A stretch of 63,754 nucleotides of DNA, filler included, from Craspedostauros australis (taxonomy: Eukaryota), in the NCBI GenBank assembly GCA_030167865.1. It is 9 parts of 9 records of this genome, joined end to end, with 100 filler letters (N's around TTAATTAATTAA, not from the genome) between each part and the next. Parts side by side here need not be neighbours in the genome. Positions count along the whole stretch, not along the records: positions 26,974 to 41,378 come from JALAGF010003708.1; positions 41,479 to 48,312 come from JALAGF010003709.1; 7 more parts are not named here. The stretch is one strand, 5' to 3'. The notes under the pieces were generated by a model. The model ran no database searches. It was given only the letters and a program-made list of their open reading frames with translations, and was not told the origin of the DNA. The position numbers and the translations under genes are program-made. Each line of letters begins with the position of its first letter. Within the stretch, counting starts at the first letter, position 1. This document shows, in pieces, positions 34,601 to 45,300 of this stretch.

Positions 34601-36825
34601 ACATCATGATGCACATGACTTCTGCCCCATGTTGCACTGAACAAGAAAAGAATTTTTGACAGGACGAGGGTCACAAAGAGTGAAATGGCAGGTGTGCAAA
34701 TCCCACATGACAAACTGGCAAAAACTGAGTGATAATGGATGATTGTCTCAACATGAGAAACTGTGAGAGCAATTGTTGAACCTGTTTTTTTTTTGGAACG
34801 CGGAGATGGCAATCCAACCAAATGAAGAGAGTTGGGAATGCCTGTGATTCACAACTGAATACGCTGATGAAACTATCTGAAGCAAGATGAGATGATGGAT
34901 TCACAAGATGGGCAACCCTGCTGTGCATGCACGATGATGAATGCAAGATGAATGCATGCTGAGTAAGCAAATGCAATCATGGGGATCCCAGCAAGAGATC
35001 GACCATCAGGAGATAAGAGCAACGAAGAGCTCACACTTCAAAGAAGTAGATTCTCACAAATGATTTGCTATCTGCTACTAGCACCACCCCGGATTTTTTA
35101 CACATGACCATGATGTTGATGGGCGAGGATGTTGTACTTGTTGATGTCTTGTGGTCTTGCTTTGGCATCCCTCCAGAACTAGGCTTGAACAGTAAAGGAC
35201 AGAAGGCGCGTTTTTTTGGAGTGTGAGTCCTCCAGATGAAAGGCAAGATGATCCCATCTTAGCAGATGTGAAAATCAAGTTTCATCTGATGAGTTCTACA
35301 CTCCTCAGACATACAACAGAAGGTCTCCCGACTCAAGTCACGAGTTGTTGGCGGAAAGCAAGATTGACGGACAAGTTCGAGAAGTAACGAACAAAGACAC
35401 AAGAGTGTTCTTGTGTGACAGAGAATGTATCCAGTACTTTCTTAGTCTTTAACTGAGAGTGTCCGATTACATGATGAGTTGCACGACCGATTCAATTATC
35501 AGAGCTCTCAATACTATATTTTATCTGTATTTACCGCAATGCCACAATACTGCATACTCTATTCGCGGCAATCATAGGAGGAAGGCCGTTCTGTTCTTCG
35601 TGTTCGTTATCGACGAACAAACAAGAAGCGTTCAAGCAAGCCGCAGGGATCGATGCCCAACAAAGTGGTTGAAGCTTGAAGATGGAACCCTAACGCTGTG
35701 CTGTGGTTGGTCTTGACTGACCTTCGAGCACGTCAAGCACTTGGAACATTGAAGAAAACGTGATACGTCACAGGTACTAGAAGGGTGAGTGCTGTCGAAG
35801 CCTTGGGACTGGAGAGAATGGTCGAAGCTCAAGGCGAATCAACAGATTAAGGATTGTTTGCGAACTCAGTGTAACATGTAGTCCGTGGACACCAACGACG
35901 CATGTGACTTCTCACGAACGCTCCGATTGACAGGCACATGACTGTTTTGCAGGTCATGACATGTCGCGTCAGGCACAAGCGACAACCGAAAGGAGAAGCG
36001 ACAACAGACCTCGTGGAAGAGAAGCCACAAACGAAGTACAAACAACGCCCTAAGTCGTGCGTCATCTCCTCTGCGTTCTTTAGTTCGTGTGTGCTCGCAT
36101 GTGGTCTTCTGTGCGGATACTTTTGGTCTCATCGTACGAGGTATGTGTGCCTACTCGTCAGCGCAGCCGCAACACATGCTCTGCCGTGCTCACATGATGA
36201 AAAGCTCACCTTCACCAAATCCCCAACAAAAACGCATTCGGATCGTGACACTGGGATTGTGCATTGGGCACTCGCGGCGTCTATCTTCGCCCAATCTTTC
36301 CACCCATCCCCGCTTCGTCTTCATCTTTTTCTGTGCCGTCATTTCTCACGCCGCCCGTCCTCACAATACTATGAGTGCCCACGCTGCACATACGTGACAC
36401 AACAAGGCCAATGCTGTCACCAGCGTTGCCGCTATCAACGTTGCTGCCATCAGCGTTGCCGCCATCAGCGTCGCCACCACCAAACCGGCATTGCCAGAAC
36501 AAGTGGAGAGAGGAAGAGACAAAGAGACAAAGGACAGAGAAAAGAAACAACCAGTCACAGCGTCCATCTTTGCAGCAACACAGTCACCGTTGACACCATT
36601 TACATCGAACAATCGTGGAGAGTTAAGTGGTTGTGAGAGAAACAAGTCGCCTCTGCAGTCACCCCAAAAGTCGCAAACACCACCAACATCATTGTCCACA
36701 ACTCCATCCACAGCAAGAGCAACGTCATTGTCCACAACTTCATTCATAATTTCATTCACAACTTCATCCATAAGTAGCAACAGCAACAGCAACAGCAACA
36801 CTAGCAACAGCAACAGCAAGCAACA

Positions 36826-39800
36826 ATGGCGCAAGTGCATGGCCAAGCGACCATGACGATGGCGCCGTTGCCTGGCATGGCCGCCATCACCAGCAGCAGC
36901 AACAGCGACGGCAGCAACTGCGAGAGCGAGGCCGATGGTGAGAGCCTCGGCCAACCTCTGAGCGTTCACGACAACGAGCGTGAGTTCTACGGCGACATCT
37001 TCCGCGGCGATGTCTTCTCCAACCTCAAGAGCGACGCATCGGCTCCGCTGTGCGCTCCTCCCAGCGGCATTGCCACCATCGAGGAGGAACCTACCCCTGA
37101 CAGCAGCATTGATGACAGCGTGGGGCAGGTGGAATCATCGGCCGTGGAGCCACCGTCTTCTGTTCCTACTCCCGCTTCTACTCCTGCTTCTAGTTTGAGT
37201 TCCGCTTCAGCCCCAGTCACATCTCCATCGGCATCGGCATCTACTGCCAAGACTGAAGGCAGGCGTAGATCTACGAGTGGAGCCAAGGGTGGAGCCAAAG
37301 GGGGAGCCAAAGGGACGGCCAAGGACGCATCTGCGCCCAAACCACCAACGGAGACAGGCCAGCAGTTCTTCGGACGCAAGGCAGAGCTCACAGAGCTGCG
37401 CAGGATCAGAGAGCGCATCATCCTCCAGACCCAGCGACCCACGACGGGACGGGCGAACTCCCTCTTCGACGACTTCGACTTCCTGGATTGCGACTCCATG
37501 GACAGCTCATCGGTCCCGATTTCCATCTACCCGGCCGTCATGGTCTGGGGCACCAGCGGAACGGGCAAGTCCAGGATGATCAACCACTTCTTCGATTCGG
37601 TCTGCTGCACCTGCGGCGCCAGACGAGCCGCGCGTCCCAAGCGGCTGTCATCGGGAGACGGCGATATGTCGGACTCCGGCAGGTCCGCCCGCAGCGTGCA
37701 CTCCAGGACGGATCACCGCCATCATCTCAGGAGCTGCTCCTGCTGCTACGTCTTACGCGGCAAGTACGACGAGACCACGGGTAGAGGCAACCCATTCTCC
37801 GCCATCGTCCAGGCCCTCACCGACTTCGCTGGACAGCTGCGCAGCGGCCCCACAGAGGAGCTCGATCGTATCCGCGCTTCGATCCGCGATACCTTCAACA
37901 ACGGCGACAGCGCTCGCGGCCGCACCAACGCCAACGCAAGCTCGGGCAACGACTTGAACTTCTACTCCGCCATGTCCGCGCTGGCCACGGTCGTGCCGGC
38001 CCTGTCCATCCTCATGTCGCGTGGGAAGTTCGGTTCCGGGTCGACCGTCTACTCCATGAAGTCCAACCTCACGAATCAGAACGTCGTGCCGGACGATAGC
38101 AGGAAGAGGGGAAGCCGGCTTTCCGGGTCCCTCGAGGATCACGATGGCCACTCGGTCTCCTCCCATTCGGCCTCCCTCTCCACCTTCCTAGGCAGCCTCG
38201 CCGGCGGTGGTTCATCGCCCTCCAACGACACCAGGAACATGTGGAATCGCCTGCAGTACACCTTCATCCAGCTCATGAAGGCGATCTCCACGTCCAAGAA
38301 GCCGGTCTACCTCTTCCTCGACGATCTCCAGTGGTCCACATCTGCAGGCATGGAGCTTTTGGCCACGCTGGTCGCCGATTCCGATCTGCAGCACTTCATG
38401 TTCCTCGGTTCCATCCGTCAGGAGATGGACCCGCACTCCAACGAGGCGGTGGAGCTGCCCATGAATGTCCCGCTGCGAACGCACTTCATGGATCGTCTGG
38501 CCAGCAACGGTGACGACAAGGGCCGTGCAGTGCCAACACCAGGCTCCAGGACCAAGCAGCTCGAGCAGATCACGATCGGCAATCTTTGCTTTGCCGATGC
38601 CGTCGAGCATCTCTCCCTCCTGCTGGGTCGATCCACGGACGACAAGGACCTCAAGATCCTCACCAAGAAGATCTACGAAAAGACCCACGGCAACCTCCTC
38701 TTCACCATGCAGGCCGTCGAGGAGCTCAAGCGCCAGGACATCCTCACCTACAACCGTCTTTCCTCCAGATGGGAATGGCATCTGCAGCGCCAACCAAGCA
38801 GCGACGACACGTCGGATACTGCGACCAACGCCACGGATTACGCCGACCTCCCGATCAGCGACAACATCGTCTCGCTCGTCGAATCGCAGCTGCGTCAGGC
38901 ACCACACGACATGCGCCTCGTCCTGGTGATCGCCGCCTACATCCGATCCAACTTCGATGCCCACACCGTGCATCTCGTGCTGGAGCATGAGCAGAATCAC
39001 GCCGATTGCATCGTCGTCAATGATGATGACAACCCCAGGGTTGCTGACCGCGGCAACATCACTTCGATCCCAGAAGATGATCCCTCCGTGTCGCAATGGG
39101 ATCAATCCAGGGTGGTGCGCGTGCTGGAGCAGGCCGTCCTGGAAGGGCTGCTGACCAATTCCATCGGTGATGAGCAATTCCACTTCGCGCACGACCGTAT
39201 CCAGCAGGCGGCGTTCGGGCTCGTCCCGTACGGCGAAGTGCGTGACAAGCTCCGGCTCAGGGTGGGCCATTGTCTGTTGGACATGCAGCGCCGGGCGATC
39301 CTCCTGGCGGAAGATCAGCAAGCTCCCGCCGACGATGCTGCTACTATGGACGGTAACGACGCAAGCAAGAAGAAGAACAAGAACAAGGCCAAGACCAACG
39401 ACGTCATTCAGGACAATGCGACAGTGAAAACCGACACCGGTGAGGACATCTTTCTGGACGAGGACCTCTTTGCGGAGGAGGACGTCGGCCTCCTTTTCGT
39501 GGCGGCCGATCATCTCAACAGCGTCGCCACCAAGGATCACATGTTCTCCGCTGTCATGAACCTGGAGGTCGGCGAGAGAGCCCTTCAGATGGCGTCGTCG
39601 CAATCCGCCGCGCTGTACCTCCGCAAGGCCAGCGATGCAATGAAGCTGGTTCGCAATCCATGGGAGGAGCACTACGAGGTTTCCATCCGCTTGTACAGAG
39701 CGAGATGTGACGCGGAGCTATCCATGGCCAACTTCGAGGTCGGGTACGCATTGGGCAACGAACTCATCGAGAGGGCGCGCACGGTCAACGAAAAGCTGTC

Positions 39801-41378
39801 GACGCAACTCGTCATGGCCAACGCGTTGGGTCGTGAGAACAAGATCCAAGAGTCGTTGGCCATCACCCTGCAGGTCACCCATTCCATGGGCGTCTTTCCC
39901 AAACGATTCTTGGCCTACCACATCATCAAGTCCATGGGGAAGATCAAGGCGTACCTCAAGCGCACCACCGACAAGGAGATCTTCGACCTGCCCATCCTCG
40001 GGGACTACCAGAGGCTCATGCTGCAGGAGTTCATCGTGGAGGTCGGAACACGATCCTTCTTCGCCGGCGACAAGACCAAGTGGGTGCTGCAGGTCTGCAT
40101 CCTCATCCTCACGGGGATCAAGCACGGCGTGTCGGAGTTCACCGCGAAGGGCTTCGCGAACTTCGGCATCGTCATGTCGATGTCCGGTGATCACAAGCTC
40201 GGGCTGCGTTGCGCCGACATCGCGCACAAGCTCCTTATCAAGACCAACGGGAAGAAGCAGGCTGGGTGGGTCTACATCATGACGTACAACTCCGTCTACT
40301 GCTTCAGCTCGCCGATGGAGGAAGTGATCGGGGGCTTCCAGAGAGGCTACGACGTCGCCATGCAATCCGGAGAGTTCGAAAAGGGCATGGTGGGGCTGCA
40401 GGCCCGTAGCTTCGCCATATACCTTGCCGGGTACAACCTCCAGTACGTGCTGGGCGAAGTCGAGACCACCATTGATCGCTACAACCAGTACCGCGTCTCC
40501 ACGATGCTGGGCAACACGATGGAGCAGCTGACCCTGCTGCAATGGCTGATCGGCACCAAGCCCATCGATTGGGAGGACATCGACCTGCGATCGCACCGCA
40601 ACCTCAAGACCAACCCCCCAGCCGCTATGGAGGTGTACACGCTGACCACGCAATGCTTCTGCAGGGCGTGGGTGTCGACCTACTTCCGCAAGTTCAAGAT
40701 CGGATACCGATGGACGGGCTTGTACGCCCACATGGCGAAGCACGACAAGTCGTACAACCAGCTGGTGAACCAGGCTCTGACGACGGGGCTGTGCGCAGGA
40801 GCCCTCTACCGTCGCACCAAGAAGAAGAAGTACAAGAAGGTCGTGGCCGACAAGCTGTCGATCATGCGCACGGTCGTGGCCACCAAGGGAACGAATGCCC
40901 TGTTCGCCATGCTGATCCTGAAGGCCGAAAGTGTGGCGCTGTCCACGTCCAAGCACAACACCAAGACGGTCAGCGCCACACAGAGCGCCTACGACCAGGC
41001 GATTCAGGTCGCCGAGGCGGCCTCCATGACGAACTACACGTCGCTGTTCCACGAGACGGCGGCCGACCACTTCATCTGGGTGAGGGAGGAGCTTGGCCTA
41101 TCCGCGGCGGGTTCGGACGCAAGCCACAAGCATAATTCGAGGACGCAGCCCACCCACAAGCTGGTGTCGAAGTACATGAGCAGGGCCGCCGATCTGTACC
41201 AGCTGTGGGGCTGCACGACGAAGGTGGAGGATCTGAAGGCGAGACGGTCAGAGTACCTGAAGGGGTGGAAACCCGAAACCGGTCTGAACATGCGAACCAA
41301 GCGCGAGATGGGCGCCGGGAATGGCAAGCAGCAGCATAAGGGAATGCAGCAGCGCGTCATCGAGATCTCTGGCAAGAT
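36826..41378 (+). CDS. STAND-like AAA ATPase, copy 2, 3'-truncated by a gap
   Basis: Same translation as copy 1 over the shared part; retains the ATG at 36826. Combining both copies gives a 1588-aa protein. Confidence 0.88.
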
Positions 41379-41720
41379 NNNNNNNNNNNNNNNNNNNNNN
41401 NNNNNNNNNNNNNNNNNNNNNNTTAATTAATTAANNNNNNNNNNNNNNNNNNNNNNNNNNNNNNNNNNNNNNNNNNNNCACTCACACAAAAATGGTGAAA
41501 ACGACACCAAACACGATGACGATCGAACACACTCCGACGCCTGAGCAGGAGGGTGAGGTGCCTCTTCTCTCTCTCCCTCTCTCTTGCGGTCTCCTCACAT
41601 CCATCTGATCATAAAACCAGCACCTCAACAGCCTTGACACATTCACATCTTCACACTCAAGCCAACTCAAATCAACTCAAATCAACTCAACCAAAACCAA
41701 CACAGCACAACATATTCAAC

Positions 41721-42128
41721 ATGTCTTCCAACTCCACACGCAATCCAAGCATGATGCTCATCGTCCTCGCGATCATCGCGATGATTCAATCGACGTCGGC
41801 ATGGTCCATCGGTCCTTTCGCGATGAGCGTTCCCATCGTCAAGCCAAGATCAACAATGACAGCAACAGGCACAGCGACAGGGGGTTTGCCAATTGCATCG
41901 GCATTCATGCCAACAGGCGTCACAGCTGATCTTCTGGACTCCGAATCCGTGGTTGCCAATGCCAGAATGCAGCCAACGCAGCTCCCCAGCCAACTGTCAG
42001 CATCGGGATCGGCAGTTGCTCCCGAGATCGTGGTGGATGCGACGTCCTTCACATTGGACGATTCATTCCGATCGTCGACTGTCGATATGCTGTATCACCA
42101 ATCCATGCAGCGAGCTGGTTTGGAGTGA
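41721..42128 (+). CDS. Small signal-peptide protein, possibly plastid-targeted, 135 aa
   Basis: MMLIVLAIIAMIQSTSA-W cleavage pattern, Ser/Thr-rich region, C-terminal DMLYHQSMQR; CAA-rich leader as in neighbouring genes. Confidence 0.6.
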   Translation: MSSNSTRNPSMMLIVLAIIAMIQSTSAWSIGPFAMSVPIVKPRSTMTATGTATGGLPIASAFMPTGVTADLLDSESVVANARMQPTQLPSQLSASGSAVAPEIVVDATSFTLDDSFRSSTVDMLYHQSMQRAGLE

Positions 42129-42367
42129 ACGTTATCGTGAACGCAACTGCGGACAGAGAGAGAGAGAGAGTCGATCTTCTATTCCAGGATGAACCCTTCG
42201 AATCATCCAATTTTCAACACTTGCAATCAGGAGCAACTTGTGTTCCTCGACAAGGAGTGCCATCACTGCACCATACAAAACAGAATAGACTTAACATACA
42301 CTACAATAGAATACAATGAGTACACGACACAATCCAATCTTATGCGATGTCCTTATTATCGACTTGC

Positions 42368-45300
42368 TCAGTGCATGAATGTGGACTCGAACATGTCTTC
42401 GCTGCAGTCCGCGTATCCTTGGATGAGCTCCATGTTCGTACTAAACCGCTGTTGCCGCAATGGTTGCTGCAGCTCTTGGTATTGATGCGGATAGTGAGCT
42501 TCCTCTGGCTCATCTTCTGCATTTCTGTAGCTGTTGTGGATGGCGTCGTGGGTATCGTTATCTGGCTGGGTATACAATGGCGCATCTTCACGCACATATG
42601 CCGTCCCGTTGACATCGTCCACCAGCATGCCATCGTTGTCGTCGTCACCGTTATAGCCATGATCATTCAATTGCGAGGTCTCCTCAGTTGCTTTCTCATC
42701 GTCCACATTCGCTTGATCGTCGCTTGCCTCCTCCAGCATGTCGTCAGAACCATTGGATTCAATGTTCATGGCGGAGGCAGTCGTTGTAGAAACATCTGCG
42801 ATCGCTTCGTGACGTGCTTCCTCTTCCGCTTGTGAGAAAACTGCCAACCAATTCTGCTGCAGCTCGTCGTGCTGTCTCCCTTCTGGCATGATTTCCATCT
42901 CTTGAGACAGATCGCCGCTGTTGTTCGATGTTGTCTCTGTTTTGTTTACCATGGTGGCCACCTTGGCAGAGTTGAAGATGGCAGCTTGTGCCTCATGTTG
43001 ATGATGGTGTGCCTCCGGCTGTTGCTGTTGGTGAGAATCACCTGCTGATTTTGGGACGCATGCACCTGTTTGTGGTGGAGGCACAGGGTCGGTCCGAACC
43101 TTGGAATCGGGCGCCATTTCGGTTTCAGCGACGTGTGCTTCATCTTGGGACGCACTTGCTGCAGATGCTGCTGCTGCTTCCACCAACGCTTCCAGTGTTG
43201 CGGGAGGCCGACTTGCGGCTGGGATGTCGTTGGCGATCGCTCCGTTCTTCACGATGCTCACGCTGTCACTTATGCCCACCGTTGCTGCAGCGTCAGCGAT
43301 CCTGTTACGTTTGCTTGCCTTATCATCCACAGTGCTCACAGCTTCGCTTATGTCCTCATTCGCATTTGCGGTGAAAGTTGTCGCTTCATTGTCTCCAGCC
43401 ACCGGCGCGCTGGTCTGTTCGATGGTTTCAGTGATTGTCGCGACATCGCCCCCGTTCATGTCAACACGGTGCTCACCCGTCATGCCTATGCCCTCATCGT
43501 TCCCATTCCCGTTGCCGCTGTCTTGTTCAGCAGTTTGCCGGTCAGTGGAAGCGTTCGTTGACGCAGTCGCGACATGATCGTCACCGCTTTCATCAATCTC
43601 TCCTTCCTCTTCATTCTCGCTACTGCTCTCACTGTTGCCATTGCCATTGCCATTGCCATTGTCTTCGCTATCGGCATTGCCAGTGTCAACAGCAGCGTCA
43701 ACTTCACCCTCCTCTGCGGCGCTGTCGCCATCGCCTTCGTCATCGTCCATGACGGGAAAGAATTGGAAGGTGGGAAGTTCGTCGTCACATTCTGCCGCCC
43801 ACAGCTGCAATGATCTTACCTCATCTTCGCTCAGTGGAGACCGGCGATGATCTCGTCGCTTGCGTCGCCTTAACGACTGTTGGTCATCGGCGTATCCCAA
43901 CTTCGCCATGTCGTCCAGGTTTCGAATGTGGTATCTCACGCCTGATAGGCATCTCAGGAAGCTCAGCCCTTCGATTTCCTGGATGCCGGCATCATTCGAA
44001 TTCGAATCCGTGTTGGCGACACTGGGGAAGTAATAGCGAATGCCATCCTTCCGGAAACCGCTCTTCTTCAGCATCGTCTCCGCTTCTTCATCCGTGATCG
44101 GGGCGTACGAGAGTCTGGGAATGTCCCAACTCTTAATGTTCGCGAACATGATCCACCTCTTGAGATCGGTTTGTTCATCTGCGGTCAGCCTGTAGAGATT
44201 GTCTTGGTAGAGAGGAATACCCTCTCGGCACAGGAATTTGCGAAGAGCGTTGATGCTCTCGAATCGGTCCAGGTGCGACATGTTGGCAGACGTCTCTCCC
44301 GGGAGCCGGTACGTGCCGCTGTACGTGCATCCGCACTTCATGAGCAGATTCCAAGCCACGGATGTTGTTACCAGCGGCTCGAATGGAATCGTTCCTTGTG
44401 GGAAGTCGTCTGAAGTTGCCGATGCGTCAGCTTCGATCTCGATCTGACCTTCAGATTCGGATTCAACCTCTATCTCAGTGTTTGTCTCACTTTTCATGGA
44501 GGCATCACCATCACAACCGCCCGTACCATGCTTGCTTCCGCTGACAGCATGATGCGAGTGTTGGCTGTCGATCTTTACACCACTAGCTGCTTCACGATTG
44601 TTGTCGCGACTACCTCCACTGTTGGTGCCATCATCGTCGACAGGCAACCCATTCATCGCGGTGTTCTGTTCTCCCTCCTCCTCTCTCTGCAATTCCACAC
44701 CGTCTACGAGGTTAACCGCCTCATTCTCTTCTTCCTGTTCTTTGCCGTCGCTACCATCAGCGGCATCCTTGCTTTTCTTGTGGGACGGGTTGAGGATATG
44801 CAGTGTTTCCCACTGCGCACTTCCATTTTCCAATTCACTCACTTCGATGTCCTCGTAGGACTTGTCCATTTCGGCGTGATCACTTTCTGGGTCGTCACCG
44901 TAGGTTGGAATCGGCGCTCTTGAGGTTGCCAGCCACAATCGCAGGGCCAGCTCCTCGCCATCATTCAGAATCTGTTTGATTTTGGTGGTTGCTCGTCGTG
45001 CCTTGCGTCCGGTTCGGGAGGAGGTGGTGTTCTGTTCGGAGCACGCCTCCTGAAGGTCTGGAATGCCCCGCAGGTACCGTCGCAGATGCTTCAGGCTGAC
45101 GAATTGCTTGAGCGGCAGCCCGCTCTGCGGTGGCGCAGTGATCATGCCTGTCCGCGGAGCTTTCTGGAACCCATACTTTTGCAACAACCCCCAGGCTTCC
45201 TTGGAAGTCAGCAGCCTCGTATCCAGCTTCTGTGCGAGCCAGGCCGACTTGGGATCGTTGCTGTGCCGCGCAAGAAGCTCAACGATGCACCGCGTGCGCT

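Larger units (their letters stand above)
26974..41378 (+). repeat. 4488-bp direct repeat at both contig ends (26974-31461 = 36891-41378; period 9917 bp)
   Basis: ORFs in all frames recur with identical translations at a 9917 offset; end points checked by eye. Confidence 0.97.
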
